The notes under the pieces: model-generated | Database searches by the model: none | The model's input: the letters and a program-made list of their open reading frames with translations, nothing else | Told to the model about the DNA's origin: nothing | In this document: positions 30,546 to 40,646 of the stretch, in pieces | How the letters are laid out: each line of letters begins with the position of its first letter | Position numbering within the stretch: the stretch's first letter is position 1 | From: a virus | Length of the DNA: 64,000 bases | Strand: one strand, 5' to 3' | Virus record (IMG/VR): IMGVR_UViG_3300020204_000005 | Program-made: the position numbers and the translations under genes

Positions 30546-31426
30546 TGAGAACTGAGTTAACCATTGGACAAACATCACTGTTACCATTAAACATAGACGG
30601 GTTTACCATATGGGGTAAGGCTGAGTTTATGAACCCATCAGGTTCTGTTAAAGATAGACCAATTTACAACATACTTAAAAGTGGTTTTGATGATGGTTTA
30701 TTAAATAAGGGCGATACTGTTGTTGAGGCAACTAGTGGTAACGCAGGTATTTCATTTGCTATGTTATGTGTTCAGATGGGTCTTAAATGTGTAATTGTGA
30801 TGCCATCTAACATGAGTGATGAACGTAAAAAGATTTTAAAGTTTTACGGAGCAGAACTTATTGAAGTTGGACCTGGCGACTTTGATGGAGCGATAAAATT
30901 AAGAGATGAGTTAGCAATCAAGAATGGATGGTTTAATGGAAACCAATTCGATAACCCTAAAAATTTGGAATCTCACTACATGGGGACGGGTGTTGAATTG
31001 ATGTATCAATGTAGGTGTAATGGTATTAACCCATCAGCATTCATTGCTGGTACTGGTACAGGTGGAACTCTTATGGGTGCTGGTAGAATGTTGTCAGAAC
31101 AATTTTTTGACTTACAAATAGTTGCGGTGGAGCCAGCAGAATCACCTGTAATGAGCGGTGGAGAACCAAGGTTACACGGAATTCAAGGTATCGGAGACGG
31201 GTCAAAGTTTATGGTTGATTTAAATTTTGTTGACAAGATTATTACGGTGTCAACTCAAGAAGCTACTAATATGGCTTTACGATTAGCCAAAGAGTTTGGG
31301 ATTTTTGTCGGGATTAGTGCAGGGGCAAATGTATCAGGTTCTTTAAAGTATTGTCAAGAAACTGGTAGAGATAATGTAATTACAATTCTTTGTGACAGAG
31401 GTGAACGATATCTAACTTGTATGTAA
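30545..31426 (+). CDS. cysK: Cysteine synthase (O-acetylserine sulfhydrylase)
   Basis: KAEFMNPSGSVKDR (PLP lysine), EATSGNAG, GTGTGGT and H.IQGIG. Confidence 0.9.
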   Translation: MRTELTIGQTSLLPLNIDGFTIWGKAEFMNPSGSVKDRPIYNILKSGFDDGLLNKGDTVVEATSGNAGISFAMLCVQMGLKCVIVMPSNMSDERKKILKFYGAELIEVGPGDFDGAIKLRDELAIKNGWFNGNQFDNPKNLESHYMGTGVELMYQCRCNGINPSAFIAGTGTGGTLMGAGRMLSEQFFDLQIVAVEPAESPVMSGGEPRLHGIQGIGDGSKFMVDLNFVDKIITVSTQEATNMALRLAKEFGIFVGISAGANVSGSLKYCQETGRDNVITILCDRGERYLTCM

Positions 31427-31427
31427 T

Positions 31428-32162
31428 ATGTATTCAATCGAAGTTAAAAACAATAAAGAGATTTATGAGTTCTGTATGCTTAACAGCATTACGGATATTA
31501 ACAAGTTCATTCAAGATTGTTTCAAACAAGGATTTGATGTTAAAAAATATGGTCTTTTAGGAGAAACACTTAATGAGGGTGAAAAAGACTTAAAAATAGA
31601 CGGGGAAGAAGAAAAACACATAATAAAAGAAGTTATTGTTGAAAAACGAGTGGAAATACCTATTGAAGTTACTAAAGAGGTTGAAAAAATAATTGAGGTT
31701 CCTGTTGAAATTATCAAGGAAGTTGTAGTTGAAAAAGAGGTAATTAAGGAAGTTCCTGTTGAGAAAGTTGTCACAAAAATTGAATATATTAGTGACAAAA
31801 CAACAGAAGATGAACTTGGTGGAATAATTGCCAAGTTGGAAGAAAATATTTTCCATTTAAAACAAGAATTAGATTCTGAACGGAAAAATTTTTCCATTAA
31901 AACAGAAGAAATGGAAAATATTTTCCAAAATGAAATGTCTAAAAATACTGAAGAGTTAGACAAACTTAGACGTAATTTAGACATTAATGTCGATGAAAAT
32001 AAAGTAAAAATGTTAAGTGAGACTTTACAAAAATTGAAAAAAGAAACAATCGACAAAGATAAAAAAATAGAAGAGTTAACTAACAAACTAAACAGTTTGC
32101 AGAGTAACATAAATAAAGGTGCGGTTTTTATGAAATCGTCAAATATTAGTCAAAATTTATAA
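31428..32162 (+). CDS. Coiled-coil protein with V/E/K-rich (VEKEV/EVPV) repeats
   Basis: KEVIVEKRVEIPIEVTKEVEKIIEVPVEIIKEVVVEKEVIKEVPVEK. Confidence 0.6.
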   Translation: MYSIEVKNNKEIYEFCMLNSITDINKFIQDCFKQGFDVKKYGLLGETLNEGEKDLKIDGEEEKHIIKEVIVEKRVEIPIEVTKEVEKIIEVPVEIIKEVVVEKEVIKEVPVEKVVTKIEYISDKTTEDELGGIIAKLEENIFHLKQELDSERKNFSIKTEEMENIFQNEMSKNTEELDKLRRNLDINVDENKVKMLSETLQKLKKETIDKDKKIEELTNKLNSLQSNINKGAVFMKSSNISQNL

Positions 32163-32218
32163 ATTTTTTTAGAACATATCATACATTTTTAATTTAGAAA
32201 TATTTATAATAAAAAAAT

Positions 32219-32947
32219 ATGAAAAAATGTAAAAAATGTAATATAATTAAAGATTTATTTGAATTTGGTATTAATAAAAATAAATCAGACGGTAGGTCAA
32301 TATATTGTAAGGAATGTGAAAGGTTAAGAGGTGTTGATTATAGAAATAAACACAGAGATAAAGTTAATCAATCATCTAAAAATTATAGAAAAAATAATCC
32401 TGAAAAATATAAAGAAAGTATTAATAAATATTTGGAAAAACATCCTGAGATGTTATCTAAAAACAGATTAATTCTTTATCGTAAAAATGAGGAATTTAAG
32501 AAAAAAGAAAAAATAAAAAGAAAGGAATGGTATTTAAAAAATATTGATAGTATTCGTGAAAAAAGTAAAAAATATTATCATGAAAATAAAAAAGTTTTAA
32601 GAGAAAAAAATAACGTATATAAATCTTTAAAACTAAAAATCGACCCTTTAGAACGCCTCGAAAAGAATCTTAGAGATAGGATTAGAGAATATTTAACAGG
32701 GGAAAATAAAAGTAAAAGAACTTTTGAAATTATAGGTCTTGATAAAGAAAAATTTAAATCCTATATTGAAAGTAAATTTAAAGAAGGAATGTCGTGGGAA
32801 AATTATGGGGAGTGGCATTTAGACCACATAAAACCATTATACCTTTCTGAAAATGAAGAAGATTTAGTTAAACTAAATCATTACACTAACCTCCAACCAT
32901 TATGGGCCGAGGATAATATTAAAAAAAATATAAAATATGACAACTAA
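32219..32947 (+). mobile_element. Free-standing HNH homing endonuclease
   Basis: N-terminal CKKC/CKEC; C-terminal WHLDHIKP...LNHYTNLQPLW..DN; own TATTTAT at 32201. Confidence 0.8.
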
Positions 32948-33290
32948 CATTTTAACATGGTTCATTTTAAGTTACGGATTAATGAACATTATGGTATTCT
33001 CCTCAATATTTGAAGGGGTTAGAACTTTTTTTAATAAATGGGGGGATAATGAATACGCCCTATTTAGACCTGTTGGGCAATTTATTTCTGAGATTTTATC
33101 GTGTCCGATGTGTTTTGGGTTTCATGGAGGATGGTTTTTATCACTAACTATTTTTTCACCGACATTTATGTTATATGAAACTCCATTATGGATTAGTTGG
33201 TTTTTTGACGGAATAATTTCGTCAGGGTCAGTGTGGGCGATAAATGCAATTATAGAATGGTTTGAAGAAAATAGACCAACAAAATTGTAA
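32937..33290 (+). CDS. Membrane protein (DUF1360-like)
   Basis: Hydrophobic helices with L.CPMC.GFH.GW. Confidence 0.6.
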   Translation: MTTNILTWFILSYGLMNIMVFSSIFEGVRTFFNKWGDNEYALFRPVGQFISEILSCPMCFGFHGGWFLSLTIFSPTFMLYETPLWISWFFDGIISSGSVWAINAIIEWFEENRPTKL

Positions 33291-33294
33291 TAGT

Positions 33295-33810
33295 ATGCCA
33301 AAGTTAATGGATTTTATAGAAAAACAAATTCAGAGTAAAAAAGAGCAAAGATGGGTAATACCTTCTGAAGACCTTTTTGCACTCTTCGAATCAATGGGTA
33401 TAATGGATGAGCATGATACTTTAATGGATATACTTGAATACTTGGAAGAAAATAAAATTGATATTAATTTTAAGAGTGAAGCCCAAGACGTTACTTTTAG
33501 AAAATTCAAATCAATTGAACAATCTTATAAAATAAGAAAAGTGTTAGGTGTTAAGAAAGATGAGATTAAAAAACACATCAACAAAGTAATGAATACTAAA
33601 GTGTATCTTGACGACGCTTATTTCAAGACGTTTATGACTGATGATGAGGAAGTTATCACAGAACTTAAAAAGGATATACCATCCTTTGATAAGGATTTAG
33701 AAAATTTACAAAGTAAGATTGATAAGGAAAGGACTGACCAAATGATTAGACAAATTGAAAAAAATCCCATTGACCAAAACGTAATTGACATCATAAGAAA
33801 TAATATGTAA
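33295..33810 (+). CDS. Hypothetical protein
   Basis: ATG 33295 is in frame with the track ORF. Confidence 0.5.
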   Translation: MPKLMDFIEKQIQSKKEQRWVIPSEDLFALFESMGIMDEHDTLMDILEYLEENKIDINFKSEAQDVTFRKFKSIEQSYKIRKVLGVKKDEIKKHINKVMNTKVYLDDAYFKTFMTDDEEVITELKKDIPSFDKDLENLQSKIDKERTDQMIRQIEKNPIDQNVIDIIRNNM

Positions 33811-33827
33811 ATTTAAATAAAAAATTT

Positions 33828-34094
33828 ATGCCACAATCAAGAAAACGAGGGGGTAAAAAATCCCACAACAAAAGAGTAAAAGATAGAAACCAAAAATTGG
33901 AAATGGAACGTAAAAAAATGAATAAGTTGTATTCTGAAATGATGGAACAAAAATTAAAAGAGTTTACGGATAAATTTTCAGGTTTAACTGAAAATGAAGA
34001 ATTAAACGCTGAAAATATTACTGACGTAGTAGTGGAAGAATCAACCCAAGAAGAAAAACCAACTGAAGACCAAATTTCTAAGTTAGAAAAATAA
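33828..34094 (+). CDS. Hypothetical protein, basic N-terminus / acidic C-terminus
   Basis: MPQSRKRGGKKSHNKR. Confidence 0.55.
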   Translation: MPQSRKRGGKKSHNKRVKDRNQKLEMERKKMNKLYSEMMEQKLKEFTDKFSGLTENEELNAENITDVVVEESTQEEKPTEDQISKLEK

Positions 34095-34095
34095 A

Positions 34096-36468
34096 ATGGA
34101 TTTATTTAATCCACCTGTAAATTTTAATTACAAAATAATGATAAAAGAATTGGATTTTACCAATTTGGACAACCCATATCTACAAGTGATATGGGAAGAC
34201 CATGCTGAAAATTTCACCCAAGAAAAAATTAAAAGTGTTAGACATTACTTCCAAAAGAAGTACAACACGACAAATGTTAATGTTATAACCAAAACTAAAG
34301 TTTCGGAAGATGTTACTCACAATGTTGATATATCATTTAATATCTTGGATAAAAATTATCAGGTAGAACTTGTTAAATCTTATCTTGAAAACAAATCACA
34401 AAAAAACATTATTGATGATGTTTCAAACTTGGACAACATTGTTGATAATAAACTATTGGCTAATGAAACTGACGTAACACCATTCAAAAGATGGTTCATT
34501 AAAAACATAGAGTTTTCAAATTTCCTTTCATACGGAGAAAACCAAAGAATTGATTTTGATAAATGTAACGGTATTTCAGTTGTTGAATCAAATCCACCAA
34601 ATTTTGGAGGAAAAACAGTATTAAGTGTTGACTTACTACTATTCTTATTCTTTAATGAAACAACTAAAACAAGTAAAGCTGAGGAAATATTCAATAGATT
34701 TACAGATAAGAATAAAGTACACGTTAAAGGTGAGATTGTAATTGACGGTGAAGAATATATTATTGTTAGGAACATTGAAAGAAAGAAATCTAAAAGTGGG
34801 GATTGGAATGTAAAAACAGAATTAGACTTCTTCAAAAAGTTATCCGATGGTAGTTTACAAAATTTTACAGGGGAACAACGTAGAGAAACTGAATCATTCA
34901 TTAAAACATCCATAGGTTCTAAAGACGACTTCTTAATGACAATATTAACTACCGCAACTAATTTAGAAGATTTGATTGACTCTAAACCAACTGCAAGAGG
35001 TCAGGTACTTTCTAGGTTCATGGGATTGGATTTCTTAAAAAAGAAAGAAGAAGTTGGTAAAGAAATATATAGTGAATTCTCCAAATCAATGTTATCAAAC
35101 GTATATAGTAGTGAAAAACTTAAGACTGATAACGAAACATACTCTGAACAAATTAAAAGTTTTGATGAGAACAACATGACCCAACAAACTAATTTAATTG
35201 ACGTTCAAAATAGGATAATAAAAGGACAGGAATACCGAGACAACCTACTCAAAAGTAAACATACTGATATTGATAAAGAGATTAGTTTGTTATCACCTGA
35301 TAAAGTTTTAGGTGAAATAGAATATTTTAAAACGCAAAAAAAAGGTGTTGAAAATCAATTATCATTGATAAATGTTATTGAACCATCTGAGTTTTACCAT
35401 GAGGACAAACACGATGAGGTCAAAGAACAATATAATGAGATTTACAAAAAAATTATTCAAGTTGATACCGAGATTTCATCAATTAATAAGTTAAAGTCTG
35501 AAGTAGAGGGTGGAATCAAGTGTGAACACTGTGGTATTGAGTTAATGAACGCAGCAATCACAAATGCTAAAATTGCGGAACTTGACGGACTTATCGTGCA
35601 AAAGACCACAAAAACGATTGTTATGCAGGATTTATCCTACAAAGAACAAAGTTTTGTTAAGTTAAAAAAAGAGTTTGATGAGTACGAAAAAAATAAGTTA
35701 ATCAAAGAAAAATATGAACTTAGTATTGAAAGTTTTGACTTGAAAATAAAAGGGCTTGAAGAAAAACTCTCAAAGTATAATGAATTACAGGATAAGATTT
35801 CTGCAAATGAAAAACTCGAGACACAGATAATAAAAGCGGGTTTAAGAATTGATGAGTTGGAAGCTGAGAAAAATTCTATAACAAGAAAAATTGATAGTAA
35901 CAATTATCAAATTTCTTCGTATAAAGAAAAGATAGAACAAAATAATATTAAGATTAAAAAGATTTCTGAAGAATCTGAGAAAGAAAAGATATATAAAACA
36001 TACCTTGAGATTTATGGTAAAAATGGGATTTCTAAAATGATTATGAAAACCATGATGCCATTAATTAATTCAGAACTACAAAGATTGTTGGAAGATAGTT
36101 CTCACTTTAGATTAGAAATTAGAATCAACGATAAAAATGAAGTAGAATTTATTATGATTGATAATAATACCCAAGTTGAAAAATTAATGTCGTCAGGTTC
36201 AGGATATGAAAGAACAATTGCCTCACTAGCGTTGAGAGCGGTCCTAAGTAAAATATGTTCATTACCTAAACCTAACATTATTGTATTTGATGAAGTATTT
36301 GGTAAAATATCAAACGATAATTTAGAAATGGTTTCAGAATTCTTTATTAAAATTAAAGAATATTTTGAGAAAATTTTTGTTATCACCCATAACCCATTGG
36401 TATCCAATTGGTCGGATAATGTAATTAAAATACGTAAAGAAAATAATATAAGTTTTGTCACCCAGTAA
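34096..36468 (+). CDS. SMC-like ATPase, gp46/SbcC/Rad50 recombination subunit
   Basis: NFLSYGE, Walker A variant SNPPNFGGKT, CEHC Zn hook, signature SSGSGYE, Walker B FDEVFG and ITH. Confidence 0.9.
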   Translation: MDLFNPPVNFNYKIMIKELDFTNLDNPYLQVIWEDHAENFTQEKIKSVRHYFQKKYNTTNVNVITKTKVSEDVTHNVDISFNILDKNYQVELVKSYLENKSQKNIIDDVSNLDNIVDNKLLANETDVTPFKRWFIKNIEFSNFLSYGENQRIDFDKCNGISVVESNPPNFGGKTVLSVDLLLFLFFNETTKTSKAEEIFNRFTDKNKVHVKGEIVIDGEEYIIVRNIERKKSKSGDWNVKTELDFFKKLSDGSLQNFTGEQRRETESFIKTSIGSKDDFLMTILTTATNLEDLIDSKPTARGQVLSRFMGLDFLKKKEEVGKEIYSEFSKSMLSNVYSSEKLKTDNETYSEQIKSFDENNMTQQTNLIDVQNRIIKGQEYRDNLLKSKHTDIDKEISLLSPDKVLGEIEYFKTQKKGVENQLSLINVIEPSEFYHEDKHDEVKEQYNEIYKKIIQVDTEISSINKLKSEVEGGIKCEHCGIELMNAAITNAKIAELDGLIVQKTTKTIVMQDLSYKEQSFVKLKKEFDEYEKNKLIKEKYELSIESFDLKIKGLEEKLSKYNELQDKISANEKLETQIIKAGLRIDELEAEKNSITRKIDSNNYQISSYKEKIEQNNIKIKKISEESEKEKIYKTYLEIYGKNGISKMIMKTMMPLINSELQRLLEDSSHFRLEIRINDKNEVEFIMIDNNTQVEKLMSSGSGYERTIASLALRAVLSKICSLPKPNIIVFDEVFGKISNDNLEMVSEFFIKIKEYFEKIFVITHNPLVSNWSDNVIKIRKENNISFVTQ

Positions 36469-36499
36469 TTTGTAGATTCAAAAAGGTTTATTAAATTTG
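36469..36499 (+). promoter_or_regulatory. Bacteroidota-type sigma70 promoter
   Basis: TTTG (36469) - 19 nt - TAAATTTG (36492), upstream of 36522. Confidence 0.65.
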
Positions 36500-36521
36500 T
36501 AAAACAATTAGTTTATAGTTT

Positions 36522-37058
36522 ATGGAATACATTTTATTCGTTTTCGCAACACACAAAAATCAAGGAGCGTTTGTTAAAGTCTTAGCTGAAGATATAGTAT
36601 CGGTAGTTGGTAAATCAGATATTAAATATTATTACGGACCTGAATCATCAATATTTGTATTTAAAACATTTGATGAGGAACAAAAGATACACGACTACTT
36701 TTCAATGGTATTGGGAGATTCAGGTATAGTTTATTTCCTTATCAGACATGAACCTGACAAAATGTCATATTGGTTAGACCCAAAAATCGAGAATCACTTG
36801 TTTAATACTGACAATCCTTCCAAAGAAGACACAAATACTTTAGAAGAACAATTAGAGGTACAAAAATTGTTTTTTGGGGATTTGGAAGAAGAAACAGACA
36901 TGGTATTAACCGAATCTGAAGAAGATGATTTATTAAAAATCAAAAAAAATAAGAAAAAAGAAATTACTTTTGATGAATTATTTGATAAAATAGCGGATTA
37001 TGGTTATGAATCACTATCATCATACGAAAAAGAATTGTTAAAAAAATATACAAAATAA
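36522..37058 (+). CDS. Hypothetical protein
   Basis: ORF directly upstream of the sigma factor; C-terminal DELFDKI...GYESLS.YEK. Confidence 0.55.
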   Translation: MEYILFVFATHKNQGAFVKVLAEDIVSVVGKSDIKYYYGPESSIFVFKTFDEEQKIHDYFSMVLGDSGIVYFLIRHEPDKMSYWLDPKIENHLFNTDNPSKEDTNTLEEQLEVQKLFFGDLEEETDMVLTESEEDDLLKIKKNKKKEITFDELFDKIADYGYESLSSYEKELLKKYTK

Positions 37059-37059
37059 T

Positions 37060-37860
37060 ATGAAGGAAAAAAACTCAGGGATTCCTATTAATCAGGAAGA
37101 AATACAACATTATCTGAAAGATATAAGAAAGATTAAGGTTATGACACCTGAAAGGGAGAGAGAATTAGCTAAACTAATGAAGTCAGGTAATTTGACATCT
37201 CGACAAGTAGAATCTATTCACAAAGAATTACTTGAAGGTAATCTTAGATTTGTGATTACAGTTGCAAAACAGTATCAAAATCAAGGTCTTGATTTTCCTG
37301 ACTTAATTGCTGAAGGTAATCTTGGGTTGATGAAAGCAATCAAAAATTTTGATTGGGGTAAAGACCTTAGATTTATCTCATATGCGGTTTGGTGGGTAAA
37401 ACAATCTATTTTACAATCATTGAATGATAATGCAAGGACAATCAGACTCCCTGTAAATGTAATCCAAGATTTACATCGAGCTAAGAAAGAAGTTGAAAGT
37501 AACGGAGGTAGTTTAGACGACAAATTTTTAAATCTACCATCAACCATTGATTTGGATATGAACATCAACGATGAATTCGACACTCTATTGGACATAATCA
37601 AGAATGATGATGCAGATATGCCTGACGGAGTTTTCAATAGTAAAGATATGTTAAAAACCCAACTTATGGTATTACTTAATAGTTTAGATGAAAGAGAACG
37701 AGTTATTATCGAGGATTACTTTGGTTTTACAGGGACCCCTAGAACTCTTGAAGAAATTGGTGGTGATTTTAAACTTACCAAAGAAAGGGTTAGACAGATT
37801 AAAGAAAAAGCCCTCAGAAAATTGAGGAACGATGGGTCGATATTATTCGACTATATGTAA
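37060..37860 (+). CDS. RNA polymerase sigma70-family factor (RpoD/RpoS-like, no region 1.1)
   Basis: NLRFVITVAKQY, DLIAEGNLGL.KA..FD, FISYAVWW and TLEEIG..F.LTKERVRQI. Confidence 0.92.
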   Translation: MKEKNSGIPINQEEIQHYLKDIRKIKVMTPERERELAKLMKSGNLTSRQVESIHKELLEGNLRFVITVAKQYQNQGLDFPDLIAEGNLGLMKAIKNFDWGKDLRFISYAVWWVKQSILQSLNDNARTIRLPVNVIQDLHRAKKEVESNGGSLDDKFLNLPSTIDLDMNINDEFDTLLDIIKNDDADMPDGVFNSKDMLKTQLMVLLNSLDERERVIIEDYFGFTGTPRTLEEIGGDFKLTKERVRQIKEKALRKLRNDGSILFDYM

Positions 37861-37866
37861 AAAAAG

Positions 37867-37900
37867 AAAAACCTTCTATTTATTATGATAGAAGGTTTTT
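37867..37900 (+). terminator. Intrinsic terminator after sigma gene, overlapping TATTTAT
   Basis: AAAAACCTTCTAT/ATAGAAGGTTTTT, a 13-bp stem. Confidence 0.75.
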
Positions 37901-37922
37901 TAATTTTATAAAAAATATTATT

Positions 37923-38252
37923 ATGAAAAAATTTATTGAATTTATTAAAAAATATAGAATACATATTCTATCAACTTTATTATTTATATTCTTTTTTAGG
38001 TCTTGTATAAAATCAGGAGAAGTTAGAAAATTTGAAAAAAATGAGACTAAACAAACAGAAATGGTTGATAGTTTAACTAAAATTATAAATGGTCAAAAAG
38101 ACACTATTAAAAATATATCTGAGGTAATTAGGATTGAAAAAATTAAAGTACATACTGAGTACGATAATTATATCTCAAGTAAAGATAGAGGTGAACAATT
38201 AATGCAGTTACATATGGTTGTTAAAAAAAATATTAAAGAATTACAAAAATGA
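37923..38252 (+). CDS. N-terminal TM + coiled-coil protein (spanin-like candidate)
   Basis: ILSTLLFIFFF followed by a coiled coil; near the amidase. Confidence 0.45.
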   Translation: MKKFIEFIKKYRIHILSTLLFIFFFRSCIKSGEVRKFEKNETKQTEMVDSLTKIINGQKDTIKNISEVIRIEKIKVHTEYDNYISSKDRGEQLMQLHMVVKKNIKELQK

Positions 38253-39028
38253 AGAAAATTTGGGAATGGATAAAGAATAATCCTAATAGGACTATGTTCT
38301 TAGTCCCTATAATTTTAGTTGCAGTGATTTCAATTTCCCATGTGGTCTCTTGGTATAATATCGCAAATCCACTAAGTTGGGCAATTTATCTTTCAATAGC
38401 GATTGAAGTAGGGGCAATGACCGCTCTTGTTGCTGCAACTAATAAAATTAGAGGTGGTGTTTGGTTTATGTTTGGATTAGTAACGTTTATTCAAATGATA
38501 GGTAATATATTCTTCTCATATAAAGAGATTGACCCTAATGGGGATTTATTTAAATCTTGGGTGGAATTAACAAGTCCTGTTTGGGAAATGATTGGTTCTG
38601 ACCCTTCAGATATTCCTGCTATGAAAAGATGGTTAGCTTTCTTAGAAGGTGGTTTATTACCAATAATATCATTAACCTCACTACATTTTTTTGTAAAATA
38701 TGAAGATGAAACTAAAAAAATATCTGAAGATATTGTAGAAGAATTAGAAGAAGAACCTAAATCTGATTTGAAGAAAGAATCTGAAAAAGTATGGAAAAAA
38801 GTTAATGAACTTAAAGAAGAAGGTAAACTACCCACAAATCCAACAGAAGAAGAAATCGAGGAAGAACCAAGTGCATTGGCGTTTACACCTTACCATGTTG
38901 AAGAAGATATTATTGAAGATGATAAAATTTTAAGTGACGATTTAGTCGAGGCTTATTTATTTCCTTCCAAAACCGAAGAAAATAAAGAAGACAGAGTTAG
39001 AAGATTAACTTACACAAAAAAAGTTTAA
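38249..39028 (+). CDS. Multi-pass membrane protein with acidic tail (holin/antiholin candidate)
   Basis: About four hydrophobic helices in the first 150 aa; directly upstream of the amidase. Confidence 0.5.
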   Translation: MKKIWEWIKNNPNRTMFLVPIILVAVISISHVVSWYNIANPLSWAIYLSIAIEVGAMTALVAATNKIRGGVWFMFGLVTFIQMIGNIFFSYKEIDPNGDLFKSWVELTSPVWEMIGSDPSDIPAMKRWLAFLEGGLLPIISLTSLHFFVKYEDETKKISEDIVEELEEEPKSDLKKESEKVWKKVNELKEEGKLPTNPTEEEIEEEPSALAFTPYHVEEDIIEDDKILSDDLVEAYLFPSKTEENKEDRVRRLTYTKKV

Positions 39029-39055
39029 CCTAATAAACTTCAAATTAGTTATGGA

Positions 39056-39661
39056 ATGTTTGATGTTGAAAAGTATGGAGAGTTTAAATCTTTAGGAAAA
39101 AATAAAAAAAAGTCACAAATAATATTGATACATACATCAAGAAATGTTGAGAATTATTTACAATCCTTAAAATACCGATACAACGGAAAATTTAAGAAAA
39201 TCCCAAATTATATAGTAACCAAAAATGGTAAGGTACTACAATTGTTAAATAACAATGAGTACTCAGAAATATTCCCTAAAGAGAGTATTAACAAGAACTC
39301 TATTGTGATTTCTTTAGAAAATTTAGGTTGGTTACAAAAAGAACCTCTAAAAGATTATTACGTTAACTGGATTGGTGATATTTATAAAGGTAAAGCTTTT
39401 GAAAAAAAGTGGAGAGACTATTTTTTTTGGGACCCGTACACTGAAGAACAGATAACCTCAACTGTTGAATTAATTAAAAAATTGTTTGAGGAAACAGGGA
39501 TTAAAAAGAATATTATCGGACATAATACAAAAATAAACGGAGTTGAGAAATACGAAGGAGTGACAACTAGAAGTAATTATGATTCAATTTTTACTGACGT
39601 TAGTCCCTCATTCAGTTTTGAAAATTTTATAAAAGAAGTTGACAATGAACAATTCACATGA
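39056..39661 (+). CDS. N-acetylmuramoyl-L-alanine amidase (Amidase_2), putative endolysin
   Basis: IILIHT, Y.V.K.GKV.QL, SIVISLEN, PYTEEQ and IIGH. Confidence 0.75.
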   Translation: MFDVEKYGEFKSLGKNKKKSQIILIHTSRNVENYLQSLKYRYNGKFKKIPNYIVTKNGKVLQLLNNNEYSEIFPKESINKNSIVISLENLGWLQKEPLKDYYVNWIGDIYKGKAFEKKWRDYFFWDPYTEEQITSTVELIKKLFEETGIKKNIIGHNTKINGVEKYEGVTTRSNYDSIFTDVSPSFSFENFIKEVDNEQFT

Positions 39662-40280
39662 TGAAATAAAAAGATTATTAAAAGCGTCAAGAAATCTATT
39701 GGATAACGGTAATTCATTGTTCGAAAATAATGACATAAAGAAACAATATGGAATTATTACAGAACAAGAATATGAGACTGCTGATATAACTAAGAAAATA
39801 AACATAGGTAAATCCATCGAAGATTCTATCGATAAAGATGAGGAGGAGTACGAAACTGCGGATGATGTTGATGGAGATGTGGAAATTGAGAAAAAAGACG
39901 AAAAAAAACAAGCGTACAGAATCTCGGGGGGTATTTTAGTACTTCATGGTAGAGATAAAACAGAACTTGAATTAACAACCGATGAAAAAATTGCTTTCCA
40001 AGAAACTATGGATGAGTTTGTTACTGACGTTTCTGATTTAGTTGATTTTAATAAACTTAACGTATATCAAAATAATGTTGAGTGGTCAGGTAAGATTATA
40101 GATTATGACATTGAATTTATGTATACAATCGGTGAAGATAGTGGAATCTACATAAATGGGGATATGATAAAAACTGACAAGGAATTTATTGAAATGATTA
40201 CCAAATTACAAAAATATTACGAAAAATTTAAATCTAAATGGGCTAAGATATTAGCATCAAGAAAAAAAACAAAACAATAA
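39645..40280 (+). CDS. Hypothetical acidic late protein
   Basis: ATG 39645; GIITEQ possible processing site. Confidence 0.55.
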   Translation: MNNSHDEIKRLLKASRNLLDNGNSLFENNDIKKQYGIITEQEYETADITKKINIGKSIEDSIDKDEEEYETADDVDGDVEIEKKDEKKQAYRISGGILVLHGRDKTELELTTDEKIAFQETMDEFVTDVSDLVDFNKLNVYQNNVEWSGKIIDYDIEFMYTIGEDSGIYINGDMIKTDKEFIEMITKLQKYYEKFKSKWAKILASRKKTKQ

Positions 40281-40645
40281 TGAAAGAGTTTTTAAAAGAA
40301 TTTTTTATTAGAAATTATAAAAATATTATTTTAACACTATTAGGGGTTTTATTAGTTTATTTATTAGTTAGAACTTTCACACCAACACCAGATAACTCAG
40401 AATTAATTAAATATAAATTAGAACATTTAAATAAAGAGATTAATTCAATAATGGAACAAAGAAAAAAAATTGATGAATCCATTAATCTTTATAATGAGAA
40501 AATTAGAAAAATAGACTCAACGATATCTAAAATAAAAATAGAGAAAAGTGTCGTTAATAATTTTTACGAAATAAAAGAAGGTAAACTTAGTAAATCAACC
40601 GCAAGGGAAATCGATAGTTTACTTAGAGCAAGATATAAATATTAA
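40280..40645 (+). CDS. TM + coiled-coil protein (i-spanin-like candidate)
   Basis: IILTLLGVLLVYLLV followed by heptads. Confidence 0.45.
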   Translation: MKEFLKEFFIRNYKNIILTLLGVLLVYLLVRTFTPTPDNSELIKYKLEHLNKEINSIMEQRKKIDESINLYNEKIRKIDSTISKIKIEKSVVNNFYEIKEGKLSKSTAREIDSLLRARYKY

Positions 40646-40646
40646 A

